Below, piece by piece: positions 1 through 11,123 of a DNA stretch of 64,000 nt (its first letter is position 1; each line of letters starts with the position of its first letter). The position numbers were made by a program, and so were the translations under genes. Source of the DNA: an uncultured Pseudomonadota bacterium (GTDB lineage: Bacteria; CALINM01); NCBI GenBank assembly GCA_964540515.1, contig CAZIMS010000003.1:10010-74009 (forward strand), in the 5' to 3' direction. The notes beneath the pieces are model-generated. The model searched no databases. It was not told the DNA's origin and was given only the letters and a program-made list of their open reading frames with translations.

Positions 1-279
1 ATCGAGCATTTAAAGAAGATATTCAAAACCTTTAGGGAGAAGGCTAAGTTTGCCGAGATGCTTACTAAAAGTCTCGACAGAAGTGATATTAAGGTCTATA
101 TCGGTGGGGAGCTCTCTTTGGACATAAATAATGCAGCATTAATTCTCTCGCCCTATAGTTCCTGTAATAACTCTATGGGTGCCATAGGTATTTTTGGCCC
201 TATGAGAATGGACTATAATAACCTAATCCCCTTTTTGCTTTCCACCTCTAAGTTTGTTAATAAAGTAATGAAAGGTTAG
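1..279 (+). CDS. hrcA: Heat-inducible transcription repressor HrcA, C-terminal fragment; the gene starts upstream of the window
   Basis: The frame is open from base 1. The C-terminal sequence GAIGIFGPMRMDY matches the conserved HrcA C-terminus, and the gene sits directly upstream of grpE-dnaK-dnaJ. Confidence 0.75.
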   Translation: MEHLKKIFKTFREKAKFAEMLTKSLDRSDIKVYIGGELSLDINNAALILSPYSSCNNSMGAIGIFGPMRMDYNNLIPFLLSTSKFVNKVMKG

Positions 280-334
280 TATTGTTAGAGATGAACGTAC
301 TTCTTGATACTAAAAGTGATAGTCGGAGGGATAT

Positions 335-913
335 ATGAGTGATGAAAAAAATGATTTAAAGGAAGAAACTCTTGAAGATTTGGAGGGAGAGAACGATGAA
401 AAAAGAGAGCCTTCTTCTGATGAGATAATAAAAAAACTTTCTGAAGAAAGAGATAGATATTATAACAACTGGCTTAAAGCTGAGGCAGAGCTTGATAATT
501 TTAAAAAGAGAGTTTTAAGAGAAAAAGAAGAGTTTAGAAAATTTGCTTTAGAAGGACTTATCAAAGAGATACTCACACCTATAGACTATCTTGAGATGGC
601 TCTCGAACACACAAAAAACGGTGAAAACTTATCTGCATTAGCACAGGGCATTGAATATACAATAAAAATATTTCTCGACCTATTAAAGGGCTATGGGGTG
701 GAGCAGATAAAGGCTGCTGATAAGTTTGATCCTAACTACTTCGAGGCTACTGAGGTTGAAGAAAGAGATGATGTAGAAGAAGGGACAATCCTTAAAGTTC
801 ATAGGAAGGCCTATAAAATTCAGGAAAGACTTCTTAGGGCAGGTATCGTAACAGTTTCTAAGAAGCCCGAAAAAAAAGATAAAGAAATAGAGAATGATAA
901 AAAGGAGGAATAA
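335..913 (+). CDS. grpE: Nucleotide exchange factor GrpE
   Basis: A 192-aa protein with an acidic N-terminus, a coiled-coil region and a GrpE-like C-terminus. It lies between hrcA and dnaK with a GGAGGG ribosome-binding site upstream. Confidence 0.85.
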   Translation: MSDEKNDLKEETLEDLEGENDEKREPSSDEIIKKLSEERDRYYNNWLKAEAELDNFKKRVLREKEEFRKFALEGLIKEILTPIDYLEMALEHTKNGENLSALAQGIEYTIKIFLDLLKGYGVEQIKAADKFDPNYFEATEVEERDDVEEGTILKVHRKAYKIQERLLRAGIVTVSKKPEKKDKEIENDKKEE

Positions 914-916
914 TTT

Positions 917-2821
917 ATGGGTAAGGTTATAGGAATTGATCTAGGAACGACTAACTCTTGTGTGGCAGTAATGCAAGGTAATGATGTAGTGGTAATACCA
1001 AATGCTGAAGGATCAAGAACTACTCCATCTGTCGTAGCTTTTACTGATAGTGGAGAGCTATTAGTTGGGCAGCTTGCAAAAAGACAGGCTGTTACAAATC
1101 CATTAAAAACTATCTATGCTGTAAAGAGATTAATAGGTAGAAAGTTTAATTCACCAGAGGTAAAAAGACATCAACAACTTGTGCCTTATAAAGTAGTAGA
1201 TTCAAACATCGGTGATGCCTGGGTTGAGATAGCAGGAAAACCTTATAGTCCTCAACAGATATCGGCCTACATACTTCAAAAGATGAAACAGACGGCGGAG
1301 GATTTTCTTGGCGAGAAGATAACAGAGGCAGTTATAACTGTTCCAGCCTATTTTAATGATAGTCAGAGACAAGCAACTAAAGATGCTGGAGAGATAGCAG
1401 GGCTTAAAGTTTTGAGAATAATAAACGAGCCTACAGCGGCTGCCTTAGCTTATGGTCTTGGCAAGAATAAGAAAGATGAAAAAGTTGCCGTTTTTGATTT
1501 AGGTGGGGGAACCTTTGATATATCTATACTTGAGATTGGGGAAGGCGTATATGAAGTTAGATCAACCAATGGGGATACATTTTTAGGTGGGGAGGATTTT
1601 GACCAAAGAATAGTTGATTATATTGCCGATGAGTTTAAAAAAGAGACAGGTATTGATATTAGAAATGATAGAATGGCATTGCAGAGATTAAAGGAGGCGG
1701 CAGAAAAGGCAAAATGTGAGCTATCTACGGTAATGGAGACAGAGATTAATCTACCCTTTATAACTGCCGACGCAACTGGTCCAAAGCACTTATTAATGAA
1801 AATAACAAGGTCTAAACTGGAAGCCCTTGTGTCTGATCTTATAGAAAGATTAGAAGAGCCCTGTAGAATTGCCTTAAAGGATGCAGGATTAAAACCAGAG
1901 GAGATAGATGAGGTTATTCTTGTGGGTGGTATGACAAGAATGCCAAAGGTACAAGAGAAGGTAAAAGAAATATTCAAGAAAGAACCTCATAAAGGCGTTA
2001 ATCCTGACGAGGTAGTAGCTATAGGTGCTGCAATCCAGGCAGGTGTTTTAAAAGGTGAGGTAAGAGATGTCTTGTTACTTGATGTAACACCTTTGTCCTT
2101 GGGTATAGAGACCTTAGGAGGAGTTTTTACTAAGATCATAGAGAAAAACACAACAATACCTTGTAAAAAAAGCCAGATATTTACCACCGCTGCCGATAAC
2201 CAGACTGCTGTAACCATAAAAGTATATCAAGGAGAGAGAGAGATGGCCCAGGATAATAAGTTTTTGGGTCAATTTGATCTTATTGGCATTCCACCAGCAC
2301 CAAGGGGAGTTCCTCAGATTGAGGTATCCTTTGACATAGATGCTAATGGAATAGTACATGTTAGTGCGAAAGATTTAGCCACACAAAAAGAACAATCCAT
2401 TAGAATTACTCCAAGTAGCGGTCTCTCTAAAGAGGAGATAGAAAAAATGATTAAGGACGCAGAGCTTCATGCAGAGGAAGATAAGAAGAAAAAGGAGTTA
2501 ATAGATGCAAGGAACCACTTAGACGGTCTTGTCTATACCGTTGAGAAGAGCTTGAAGGATTTTGGAGATAAGGTCGATGCAGCAACTAAAACGTCTGTAG
2601 AAGAGGCCCTTAGAAAAGCAAAAGATGCCTTAAACTCCAATGATATTAATACTATTAAAAGTGCCTCCGATGAGCTTTTACAAAAGTCCCATTCCCTTGC
2701 AGAGCTAATGTATAAACAGGCACAACAAGGTCAGCAAGGAGGTACTCAACAAGCAAGCGGTGCTGAGCAAAAAAGAGAAGATGTTGTTGATGCTACCTAT
2801 GAGGAAGAAAAGGATAAATAA
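917..2821 (+). CDS. dnaK: Molecular chaperone DnaK (Hsp70)
   Basis: A 634-aa protein carrying the Hsp70 signatures [28 protein letters not shown] and [12 protein letters not shown] strong AAGGAGG ribosome-binding site precedes it. Confidence 0.97.
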   Translation: MGKVIGIDLGTTNSCVAVMQGNDVVVIPNAEGSRTTPSVVAFTDSGELLVGQLAKRQAVTNPLKTIYAVKRLIGRKFNSPEVKRHQQLVPYKVVDSNIGDAWVEIAGKPYSPQQISAYILQKMKQTAEDFLGEKITEAVITVPAYFNDSQRQATKDAGEIAGLKVLRIINEPTAAALAYGLGKNKKDEKVAVFDLGGGTFDISILEIGEGVYEVRSTNGDTFLGGEDFDQRIVDYIADEFKKETGIDIRNDRMALQRLKEAAEKAKCELSTVMETEINLPFITADATGPKHLLMKITRSKLEALVSDLIERLEEPCRIALKDAGLKPEEIDEVILVGGMTRMPKVQEKVKEIFKKEPHKGVNPDEVVAIGAAIQAGVLKGEVRDVLLLDVTPLSLGIETLGGVFTKIIEKNTTIPCKKSQIFTTAADNQTAVTIKVYQGEREMAQDNKFLGQFDLIGIPPAPRGVPQIEVSFDIDANGIVHVSAKDLATQKEQSIRITPSSGLSKEEIEKMIKDAELHAEEDKKKKELIDARNHLDGLVYTVEKSLKDFGDKVDAATKTSVEEALRKAKDALNSNDINTIKSASDELLQKSHSLAELMYKQAQQGQQGGTQQASGAEQKREDVVDATYEEEKDK

Positions 2822-2854
2822 AAAAATATCCTTTCGTAAAAAGATGAAACTATA

Positions 2855-2900
2855 AAAAGATTGGGGCAACTGAGATTTCCGTACCCCAATCTTTATTTAA
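2855..2900 (+). terminator. Rho-independent terminator-like hairpin between dnaK and dnaJ
   Basis: Inverted repeat AAAGATTGGGG ... CCCCAATCTTT followed by ATTTA, 30 nt after the dnaK stop. It may act as an attenuating terminator ahead of dnaJ. Confidence 0.55.
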
Positions 2901-2935
2901 TAAAGCCCTTTTGTTATTTATTTTTGGAGGATTGA

Positions 2936-4057
2936 GTGGGAAAGAGAGACTACTATGAGGTTCTTGGTTTATCGAAAGATGCTACTGAAAATGATATTAA
3001 GAAGGCATATAGAAATCTTGCATTAAAATATCATCCTGATAGAAATCCAGGTGATAAAGAAGCAGAAGAAAGATTTAAAGAGATAAATGAAGCCTATGAA
3101 GTGCTCTCTGATCCACAAAAAAGGTCAAGGTATGATACCTTTGGTCACTCTATGAATGATAACCCCTTTTCTGGTGCAGAGGGTTTTGGAGGCTTTGGTT
3201 TTGGAACTACCTTTACTGATGTTTTCAATGACATATTCTCTGAATTTTTTGGTGCAAATCAAGGTAGGAGAAGACCAACAGCGGGTGAAGATCTACTCTA
3301 CAATCTAAAAATTTCTTTTATTGAATCAGCAAAGGGGGCAGAAAAGGAGATTCTTGTTCGCAAAAAGGTTATTTGCAAGACCTGTGATGGTGAAAGGATA
3401 AAGCCCGGTTCCAAACCTATTATATGTGGTACCTGTGGTGGTAGGGGTTCGGTAAGATATCAGCAGGGTTTTTTTAGTATTAGCAAGACTTGTCATAGCT
3501 GTAATGGTGCCGGCAAGATAATAAAAGACTATTGTCCAACCTGTCAAGGACAGGGCTATCAGTTTGAGAATAAAAATATCAAGGTTTCAATACCAGCTGG
3601 TGTAGAGGATGGCATGCGGCTAAAAATTAGGGGTGAGGGTAATCCTGGTGATAAAGGTGCACCTAAAGGGGATTTGTATATACAAATATCAGTGGAAGAA
3701 CATAACTTTTTTAAAAGGAATGGGGATGATGTAGTATGCGACTTTCCCATAAAATTTACTTTAGCTGCTTTAGGTGGGGAAGTACATGTGCCTACAATTG
3801 ATGGTAAAGTAAAACTAAAAATTCCTGAGGGGACTCAGAGTGACAGGATTTTTAGAATTAAAGGCAAAGGATTTCCCAACATGCACACAGGCAAGACAGG
3901 AGATCAGCTTATTAAGGTAAAAGTGGAAGTGCCTGTTAATCTCTCTCAAAAACAAAAGAAGTTACTTAAAGAGTTTGATGACCTCCTCGATGATTCCAAC
4001 AATCCTGAATCAAAAAGCTTCTTTGATAAAATAAAAGGATTTTTCTCTATACTCTAA
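2936..4057 (+). CDS. dnaJ: Molecular chaperone DnaJ (Hsp40)
   Basis: GTG start with GGAGG upstream. N-terminal J-domain DYYEVLG...[16 protein letters not shown], a G/F-rich linker, and four CxxCxGxG zinc-finger repeats ([32 protein letters not shown]). Confidence 0.95.
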   Translation: MGKRDYYEVLGLSKDATENDIKKAYRNLALKYHPDRNPGDKEAEERFKEINEAYEVLSDPQKRSRYDTFGHSMNDNPFSGAEGFGGFGFGTTFTDVFNDIFSEFFGANQGRRRPTAGEDLLYNLKISFIESAKGAEKEILVRKKVICKTCDGERIKPGSKPIICGTCGGRGSVRYQQGFFSISKTCHSCNGAGKIIKDYCPTCQGQGYQFENKNIKVSIPAGVEDGMRLKIRGEGNPGDKGAPKGDLYIQISVEEHNFFKRNGDDVVCDFPIKFTLAALGGEVHVPTIDGKVKLKIPEGTQSDRIFRIKGKGFPNMHTGKTGDQLIKVKVEVPVNLSQKQKKLLKEFDDLLDDSNNPESKSFFDKIKGFFSIL

Positions 4058-4166
4058 AATATACATATCGTCCCTTCTTGTCATAAGTATTTCTAAAATA
4101 AAGAAGAAAAATTTCTAAGTTTGAAAAATAAACAAATCTTCTGTACTATGAAATAGGGGGATATAA

Positions 4167-5372
4167 ATGGACTTAAATAAGCTAAGGATAGACAAAGAAA
4201 AGCTTAAAAAAGATGGTAGAAATAGAAAAAAACTAATATTTTTTCTCTCTGTTTTTTTTATCTTCTTTTTGATAGTAACTTTCTCAAAGGTGGGGTTGGG
4301 TTTTCCAAAAAAGGTAAAAGAAACCACAGTATCTCTTTTGTATCCCTACCAAATAATTACGGTTTTTAATGCCAGTGGTTATGTTACGGCGGGTAAAAAG
4401 TCCTCAGTCTCATCAAAGATAACAGGTAAGATTAAAACTTTAAATGTTGAAGAGGGGACTAGGGTTAGGAAAAATGAGATACTTGCTATTTTGGAAGATG
4501 ACGAGCCCAAAGCCATAAAAAAACAGATAGAAGCACAGATAGAGGTTACGAAAAAAAACATCTTAGTAGCCCAAGAGGATCTAAAGGAGGCAGAGCGTCA
4601 GTATATTAGAAACAAAAACTTATACAATAAAGGCCTTATCTCAAAAAACACTTTTGAGCTATCTGAGACAAATTTAAATAAGGCAAAGGCTTTGCTCGAT
4701 TCCTTGAGTTCACAGCTTAAGTTAAACGAAAGCCAACTGGAACAGGCACTGGTAAATCTCGAAAACACAATTATAAGGGCACCCTTTGATGGCATAATAC
4801 TCACGAAAAATGCCGATATAGGTGATATAGTTACCCCTATTGGCTCTGCTGTTACCGCAAAGGCCTCTGTAGTTGATATGGCTGATATGAATACGCTATA
4901 TGTTGAAACAGATGTTTCGGAATCTTATATAGAAAAGGTAAAGATTAATCAGCCTGTCATAATAAGGCTCGATGCATTTCCAGAAAAAATCTATAACGGC
5001 AAAGTCTATAGCATAATACCTACAGCAAACAGAACTAAAGCCTCCATAACCGTTAAGGTAAACTTTACAGAGAGGGATAATAAGATTTTACCTGATATGA
5101 GTGCAAAGGTATCCTTTCTAAGCAGGGAATTAAAGAAAGAAGAAAAGGATGCCTTACTAATTATAAACAAGAATGCCCTTGTTAGAGAGGGTGATAAAAC
5201 AAAAGTCTATGTTATTAAAGATGAAAAGGTTTATCTTAAAGAGATATCCATCGGTAAAGAAATTGATGATAATGTTGAAATATTAGGGGGGTTGCAGTAT
5301 GGAGATAAGATTGTTTTAAATCCTCCTAAAGGGCTAAAAGATGGCTCAAAAATTAAAGTTGTCGAGGAATAA
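4167..5372 (+). CDS. HlyD/MacA-family periplasmic adaptor (membrane fusion protein) of an ABC exporter
   Basis: N-terminal transmembrane anchor, a coiled-coil hairpin region (EDLKEAERQY...NLNKAKALLDS), and beta-barrel/lipoyl-like segments typical of HlyD-family adaptors. The ABC ATPase follows 3 nt downstream. Confidence 0.75.
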   Translation: MDLNKLRIDKEKLKKDGRNRKKLIFFLSVFFIFFLIVTFSKVGLGFPKKVKETTVSLLYPYQIITVFNASGYVTAGKKSSVSSKITGKIKTLNVEEGTRVRKNEILAILEDDEPKAIKKQIEAQIEVTKKNILVAQEDLKEAERQYIRNKNLYNKGLISKNTFELSETNLNKAKALLDSLSSQLKLNESQLEQALVNLENTIIRAPFDGIILTKNADIGDIVTPIGSAVTAKASVVDMADMNTLYVETDVSESYIEKVKINQPVIIRLDAFPEKIYNGKVYSIIPTANRTKASITVKVNFTERDNKILPDMSAKVSFLSRELKKEEKDALLIINKNALVREGDKTKVYVIKDEKVYLKEISIGKEIDDNVEILGGLQYGDKIVLNPPKGLKDGSKIKVVEE

Positions 5373-5374
5373 GT

Positions 5375-6079
5375 TTGTATTCTCAAGACATAATAGTATC
5401 AATTACTGAACTCTATAAGAGCTACAGAAGGGGTGATCAGTTAATTCCAGTTCTATTAAATCTTAGTCTTTCAATAGATAGGGGCAACTTTGTAGCCTTG
5501 ATGGGACCTTCTGGTTCTGGAAAAAGCACGCTTCTTAATATCATTGCTGGTATAGATTATGCAGATAGTGGCAAAGTGATTGTAAACGGCACTAATATCT
5601 CCGTCCTCTCAGAAAAAGAGCTAACAGAGTGGCGACTTTTTAATGTAGGCTTTATCTTTCAATTTTATAACTTAATACCTGTCTTAACTGCCTATGAGAA
5701 TGTTTTACTCCCCCTAATGTTGACAAAACTCAGCCAATCAGAAAAGAAAGAGCACGCAACCTTTGCTCTGGAACTTGTTGGTTTAACCGATAGAAAAGAC
5801 CACTATCCTAATCAACTTTCAGGTGGGCAGCAACAAAGGGTTGCAATAGCGAGGGCTATTGTTACAGACCCTACGATAATAGTAGCTGACGAACCAACAG
5901 GTGATTTAGATAAAAACTCAGCAATACAGATCCTTGATTTGATTCATCGTCTTAATGAAGATCTGAAAAAGACCATAATCATGGTAACCCACGACCCCCG
6001 AGCTGCAAAATATGCAAAGACTATAAAGTATCTTGACAAGGGCGAGCTCATTGATGATATTTCTAAAATATCTATTTAA
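5375..6079 (+). CDS. ABC transporter ATP-binding protein (MacB/LolD-like)
   Basis: Walker [13 protein letters not shown] signature [14 protein letters not shown], and Walker [13 protein letters not shown]. Confidence 0.92.
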   Translation: MYSQDIIVSITELYKSYRRGDQLIPVLLNLSLSIDRGNFVALMGPSGSGKSTLLNIIAGIDYADSGKVIVNGTNISVLSEKELTEWRLFNVGFIFQFYNLIPVLTAYENVLLPLMLTKLSQSEKKEHATFALELVGLTDRKDHYPNQLSGGQQQRVAIARAIVTDPTIIVADEPTGDLDKNSAIQILDLIHRLNEDLKKTIIMVTHDPRAAKYAKTIKYLDKGELIDDISKISI

Positions 6080-7211
6080 AAATCTTACGAGACATAAATT
6101 AAGAACCACCTTAACCATCTTAGGCATAGCAACGGCCATACTCTCTTACGGTTTATTAAGAACTATCATTGATGCTTGGTATGCAGGAGTATCCGCTGCT
6201 TCCACCAAAAGGTTAATCACAAGAAATGCCATATCCCTTGCCTTTTTTCTTCCTCTTTCATACAAAGATAAGATAAAACAAGTAGATGGGGTTTCTAAGG
6301 TTACCTATGCCAACTGGTTTGGTGGTGTTTATATATCGGAAAAGAATTTTTTCTTTAACGCCGCTGTTGATGCTATTAACTATATGGATTTAATACCGGA
6401 ATTCTTAATCTCCGATGAGGAGCTACTAAACTTTAAGAAAGATAGAAAGTCGGCTATTGTAGGTAGGAAATTAGCTGATAGATTTGGTTGGAAGATAGGC
6501 GATACAGTTATGCTTAGAGGCACCATATATCCTGGTAACTGGGATTTTGTTATCAAAGGTATATACAAAGGTAAAGATAAAAATACCGATGAGACCCAGT
6601 TTCTCTTTCATTTTGATTACCTAAATGAGTTCATGAAAAAAAAATATCCTCAAAGGGCAGACTTGGTTGGTTGGTTTATAGTTGAGATTGAAAAACCAGA
6701 GACAGCAGGTATAGTCTCACTAAACATTGACAAGCTCTTTAAAAACTCCCTTGCAGAGACTATTACAGAGACCGAGAAGGCCTTTCAGCTGGGTTTTGTA
6801 AGTATGACGGAGGCTATAGTCTCAGCAATTGAGGTAATTTCTTACCTTGTAATATTTATAATACTTGCGATTACAGCAAATACAATGGTTATATCGGCTA
6901 GAGAGAGAACAAAAGAGTATGCTGTAATGTTAACACTTGGTTACGGTTTAAAAAAGATTGGTCTTTTTCTCTTTTTTGAAACATTAATAATATCTCTATT
7001 AGGCGTATTGATAGGAATTACATTAACATACCCATCGGCTTTTTATTTTGGTAAGCTAATGGAGGCATATTTCCCCATCTTTAATGTTCCCAAAAAGATT
7101 ATATACATTGATATGCTTTTAGTTATAGTGGTAAGTTTATTCTCTACCTTTTTCCCTATATTGAGGATAAGAAAGATAAAAATTTACGATGCCTTAAGGT
7201 GGGTTGGCTGA
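6054..7211 (+). CDS. ABC transporter permease, FtsX/MacB-type (1 of 2)
   Basis: Four-transmembrane FtsX-like topology with a large periplasmic loop after TM1. The likely start is the ATG at 6054 ([18 protein letters not shown]) rather than the TTG at 6033. It overlaps the 3' end of the ATPase gene. Confidence 0.7.
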   Translation: MIFLKYLFKNLTRHKLRTTLTILGIATAILSYGLLRTIIDAWYAGVSAASTKRLITRNAISLAFFLPLSYKDKIKQVDGVSKVTYANWFGGVYISEKNFFFNAAVDAINYMDLIPEFLISDEELLNFKKDRKSAIVGRKLADRFGWKIGDTVMLRGTIYPGNWDFVIKGIYKGKDKNTDETQFLFHFDYLNEFMKKKYPQRADLVGWFIVEIEKPETAGIVSLNIDKLFKNSLAETITETEKAFQLGFVSMTEAIVSAIEVISYLVIFIILAITANTMVISARERTKEYAVMLTLGYGLKKIGLFLFFETLIISLLGVLIGITLTYPSAFYFGKLMEAYFPIFNVPKKIIYIDMLLVIVVSLFSTFFPILRIRKIKIYDALRWVG

Positions 7212-8377
7212 TGGAGCTTATCATCCTTTACTCCATAAGAAATTTGTTAAGAAGGAAGCTCACAACCTCTTTTACAGTATTCGGAATGGCTCTTGTAGTC
7301 TTTGTCTTCTCAGCAGTCATAATGTTAACAGAAGGGTTAAGACAGACTCTTGTTAAGACAGGCGATTACGATAATGTAGTAGTTTTAAGAAGATCCTCTC
7401 AAGCTGAGATGCAGAGTGTTATTGACAGGGAACAGGCAAACATTATAGAGACTATAGAAGAGATAAAGGTTGGACAGGAGGGAAGAAGATTAATCTCAAA
7501 AGAGGTTGTTACTTTGATAAGTCTGGATAAAAAAAGCACAGGAAAACCTTCTAATGTAACCATTCGTGGTATTGACGAAAACTCCTTTCTTTTAAGAAAA
7601 GGACTAAGGTTAGATAAAGGTAGAATGCCTATAACTGCAACAAATGAGATTATAGTAGGCAAAAGTATAGCAAAAAATTTTCTTAATGTAAAAATAGGAA
7701 ATTATATCACTTTTGGTGGTAGAAGTTGGCTTGTTGTAGGTATATTTGATGCAGGCAATAGAGGGTTTGACTCAGAGATTTGGTGTGATGCCAATCAGCT
7801 TATGCAAGCCTTTAGAAGAGGTGCCTACTCAACAATAATCTTTAAATTAAATGATGATAAACTTTTTGGTAAGGTTAAGGAAAAGATAGAGACTGATCCA
7901 CGTCTAACATTAGATGCAAAAAGAGAAGTAAAATATTATGAAGAGCAGTCGGAAGTAATGGCAAATTTTATAAATTATTTAGGTATCTCGATGACACTAA
8001 TATTTTCAACAGGAGCTATTCTTGGTGCTATGATTACAATGTATACAGCGGTAGCAAATAGGGAAAACGAGATAGGTACTCTTAGAGCAATAGGCTTCTC
8101 AAAAAAAAAGATTCTTATTACCTTTTTGATAGAGTCTATCCTTATTAGTTTTTTGGGGTTACTATTGGGGTTATTCTTTTCTTCCTTTTTACAGTTTTAT
8201 ACTATATCTACTTTAAACTGGCAAACCTTCTCAGAACTTGCCTTTAAGTTTAAGCTTACACCAAAGATAATTCTTTATTCAATGGCCTTTGCAATTTTTA
8301 TGGGTGTTTCAGGAGGGCTACTACCTGCTATCAGGGCGTCAAGGAAAAATATTATAGAGGTTTTAAGAACAGGATAG
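7211..8377 (+). CDS. ABC transporter permease, FtsX/MacB-type (2 of 2)
   Basis: Paralogous FtsX-like permease (MELIILYSIRNLLRRKLTTSF...). Its ATG overlaps the TGA stop of permease 1 (TGATG), indicating translational coupling. Confidence 0.7.
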   Translation: MELIILYSIRNLLRRKLTTSFTVFGMALVVFVFSAVIMLTEGLRQTLVKTGDYDNVVVLRRSSQAEMQSVIDREQANIIETIEEIKVGQEGRRLISKEVVTLISLDKKSTGKPSNVTIRGIDENSFLLRKGLRLDKGRMPITATNEIIVGKSIAKNFLNVKIGNYITFGGRSWLVVGIFDAGNRGFDSEIWCDANQLMQAFRRGAYSTIIFKLNDDKLFGKVKEKIETDPRLTLDAKREVKYYEEQSEVMANFINYLGISMTLIFSTGAILGAMITMYTAVANRENEIGTLRAIGFSKKKILITFLIESILISFLGLLLGLFFSSFLQFYTISTLNWQTFSELAFKFKLTPKIILYSMAFAIFMGVSGGLLPAIRASRKNIIEVLRTG

Positions 8378-8401
8378 GATATAATTATTTTGAGGGAGAA
8401 A

Positions 8402-8815
8402 ATGCTAAAAAACAAACATCTAGCCATATTAATTATTTGTATATATATAATAATTAGCGTAAAAACTCTTTATGCCCAAAATCTCAATAATTTCAAAACA
8501 ATAAAAATTAAGGTAGACGGTAGGGAACTTAATGTGGCACTTGCGGACACACCAAAAAAGAGGGAACAAGGCCTTTCTGGAACTGAACTTATTGATTTAA
8601 AAAGGAGAAACATTCAGGGAATGCTTTTTGTCTTTGAAGATGACAAAGAAAAGACATTTCAAGCATGGTATATGAGATATGATTTAATGCTATTAGTATT
8701 AGAAAAAATTAATGGATATAATTTTAGTGTAAGGCAAAGGGTTCCTTTGAGAGTGGCAACCACTGCAAAGGTATCAGGGAGATGGGTATTAGAAGTACCT
8801 ATTAAGAAAGATTAA
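8402..8815 (+). CDS. DUF192-family secreted protein
   Basis: Signal peptide, then a segment (VALADTPKKREQGLSGT...GMLFVFEDD...YMRYDL) that matches the DUF192 consensus (A.T...R..GLM.R ... GMLF.F ... M.NT..PLD). Confidence 0.55.
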   Translation: MLKNKHLAILIICIYIIISVKTLYAQNLNNFKTIKIKVDGRELNVALADTPKKREQGLSGTELIDLKRRNIQGMLFVFEDDKEKTFQAWYMRYDLMLLVLEKINGYNFSVRQRVPLRVATTAKVSGRWVLEVPIKKD

Positions 8816-8975
8816 AAAAAATTATTTTTTCAGTTGACTTATTTATAGACAAGTGTTATCCTTATTGGTAAAAGTGTGTTATTACTCTACTTTAAGAAGG
8901 TAGGATTAATTACTTGGCATACAATTTGAGTATAAATTTATAAGTAAAGATAGGTAAAATAGACGGGGGTAAAAG

Positions 8976-10310
8976 ATGCTAAACAAAAAAATATTGAACT
9001 TACTTAAAAGCAAAAAGATAGCCCTCCCTTTGACAATATTTTTATTATTGTTATTTAACAGTGGTGCTTACGCTATTTCGCTGGGTAATCCTGTTATAGT
9101 ATCTGACAGTAGGTTTCAGAGTTTAGGTGGGATAGCTACAGACGGTACTAATATTTATGTTGCCGATTATGGTGCAAATAAGATCTGGAGACTTGATGCC
9201 AGCAGAGTAGTAACTCCCCTCATTAATGTGTCCAAGCCAATCTCTGTTGCCCACGATAGCGGCAAACTATATGTTATAACTGAGAATGGAGGATTTACTT
9301 ATACTACTGCAGGGGCAAATACAACACCAAATAGTTTTGGTGCAGGGGTGGTTAAGGCTTCTGACATTATAGTTGATACTACATATATTTATATAGCAGA
9401 TATTTCTGCAAAAAATGTCAAAAGATATAATAAATCAACAGGTGCTTACGTTGATGCCATTGGTGGTCCTGTTAATACATCAGCTACAGATGCGCAGAGT
9501 GGTAAATTTTACATGCCATCAGGCCTTGCGCTTTCTGGTACAAAGTTACTTGTTTCTGACTACAATAATCCGAGTAACATAAGATATACATTAGCAGCTG
9601 CAGGTGGTACTACTGCATGTATAAGTGGTGTAACGGGCGATATAGGTTATAGAGTTACTAAGCCCACAAAACTCGCTAACAAATATGATAGCAAAATTGC
9701 TCGTCAAGATAGTAGGTATTATTACTATAACTTATGTCCAAACATGACAGGCCTAAATACAGGCACCAAGCCTGATAACATTGTCCTCTGTTCTCAGACA
9801 GAACTAATTAATGGTACTTGTCCTGATTTTGGTGGATACTTAGGTTATAAATCTACTGGTGTTGTGCCAGATAGTTATGAAGGTAAGCCTAAGGGCCTTG
9901 TTCAAATATTTAATGGTACTACCTTTGACAGATCCTATGTGTTAAAAAGCTTTAAAGACGCTACTAATTTTGTGATTGCTAATTATACGCTTACAAGTCT
10001 GTGGGCTGATGGCACATATATCTATACTCTTGACTCACAGGGTATGAAAATAGATATTTACGACGATATCTCAAACACCTCTTTTGCGAAGGGGACAAAT
10101 GATGCTAATTATACTTATATACCCTTCGCTAATGATAATCTGGCCAAATCAGCACCAGCAGGTTACGGCAGATATCACAAGGCTGGAAGGAAAACTTTGC
10201 CAACAAGCTTACAAAACTCCTTAGTTATATATAGAGATCTTGTTAAAAAAGGCACAGAGCTTGTAATATCAGACACAGCTGGTAAGGTTATATACTTTCC
10301 AATTCAGTAG
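8976..10310 (+). CDS. Secreted Asn/Thr-rich beta-propeller-like protein (NHL/SMP-30-like repeats)
   Basis: Signal peptide and repeated motifs such as YVADYGANKIWRLD, KLYVITENGG and YIYIADISAKNVKRY, resembling NHL / six-bladed propeller blades. It carries about 10 N-x-S/T sequons. Confidence 0.35.
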   Translation: MLNKKILNLLKSKKIALPLTIFLLLLFNSGAYAISLGNPVIVSDSRFQSLGGIATDGTNIYVADYGANKIWRLDASRVVTPLINVSKPISVAHDSGKLYVITENGGFTYTTAGANTTPNSFGAGVVKASDIIVDTTYIYIADISAKNVKRYNKSTGAYVDAIGGPVNTSATDAQSGKFYMPSGLALSGTKLLVSDYNNPSNIRYTLAAAGGTTACISGVTGDIGYRVTKPTKLANKYDSKIARQDSRYYYYNLCPNMTGLNTGTKPDNIVLCSQTELINGTCPDFGGYLGYKSTGVVPDSYEGKPKGLVQIFNGTTFDRSYVLKSFKDATNFVIANYTLTSLWADGTYIYTLDSQGMKIDIYDDISNTSFAKGTNDANYTYIPFANDNLAKSAPAGYGRYHKAGRKTLPTSLQNSLVIYRDLVKKGTELVISDTAGKVIYFPIQ

Positions 10311-10329
10311 TAAGGAGGGGGCTTAGAAA

Positions 10330-11106
10330 ATGAGAAGAGTTTTTGGCTTTATATTGGTGATGATTTTAATAAGCGTAAGTTTTAAGGTCTATGCAGCGAC
10401 AAAAAATGTCTCAAATACAATGCATAATTTAGCAACATGGTCTGGCAACACCATTAGATCTACAAATGTTAATGAAGTCTGCGTTTTTTGCCATACGCCT
10501 CACTCAGCGTCAGAAGTGCCATTATGGAATAGAGATACTGAGATGAGAGGCAATACTTATGTAGGCTTTATACCATACAGTACTGCTTATGCAACACAGT
10601 TTCTTTTAGGTATGGAAACACTTTTATGTATGAGTTGCCATGATGGCATTACATCTATGAGAGCCATACATAATAAACCCAATGTTTTAGGTAGCTCACC
10701 CATTACTATGACAACTGAGAATTTTACCGGTAATCCAGGTAGTTTTGCCGATATAGGTAACCCCGATGAATTCGCAAATATGTATAGTGTAAGTTTAGCA
10801 GATGCAGAGTCATATTATAGCACTGGTGGTGCAATGGTCTTTAGAGCATGGGCGGATCCAATTAGCGGTAGAGGTCTTGGTGATCATCCTATATCTATTA
10901 ACTATGACGAGGTTGTTGCAAATGCTCCATCTAAATATAGAACTAAGCCAGCAACATTAAGATTTTTTGGAGACGACAAGGATGTTTTAGAATGCACTAC
11001 CTGTCATGACCCACATGTTGATTATAATTTGGATACGAGGTATAGGCCCTTTCTTGCCTATAGCAATAGGTCTTCAGCTTTATGTTTTCAGTGCCATATA
11101 AAATAA
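10330..11106 (+). CDS. Tetraheme c-type cytochrome with a signal peptide or membrane anchor; possibly a NapC/NrfH-like electron entry module
   Basis: Four CxxCH motifs (CVFCH, CMSCH, CTTCH, CFQCH) and an N-terminal hydrophobic segment. GGAGGGGG ribosome-binding site upstream. Confidence 0.8.
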   Translation: MRRVFGFILVMILISVSFKVYAATKNVSNTMHNLATWSGNTIRSTNVNEVCVFCHTPHSASEVPLWNRDTEMRGNTYVGFIPYSTAYATQFLLGMETLLCMSCHDGITSMRAIHNKPNVLGSSPITMTTENFTGNPGSFADIGNPDEFANMYSVSLADAESYYSTGGAMVFRAWADPISGRGLGDHPISINYDEVVANAPSKYRTKPATLRFFGDDKDVLECTTCHDPHVDYNLDTRYRPFLAYSNRSSALCFQCHIK

Positions 11107-11123
11107 AATTTTAGGAGAACCTT

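Noticed and set aside
280-334. Looked for a CIRCE element (TTAGCACTC-N9-GAGTGCTAA) upstream of grpE
   Set aside because: No such inverted repeat is present between hrcA and grpE. CIRCE is expected upstream of hrcA, outside this window.
1618-2359. Minus-strand ORFs of 76-119 aa inside dnaK
   Set aside because: They lie antisense within a highly conserved Hsp70 gene, have low-complexity Ser/Ile-rich translations and no ribosome-binding site. They are spurious.
8816-8975. Possible sigma70 promoter (TTGACT ... TATAGA) before the secreted-protein block
   Set aside because: The spacing between the hexamers is only about 4 nt, which is incompatible with a -35/-10 promoter. AT-rich intergenic sequence gives many chance matches.
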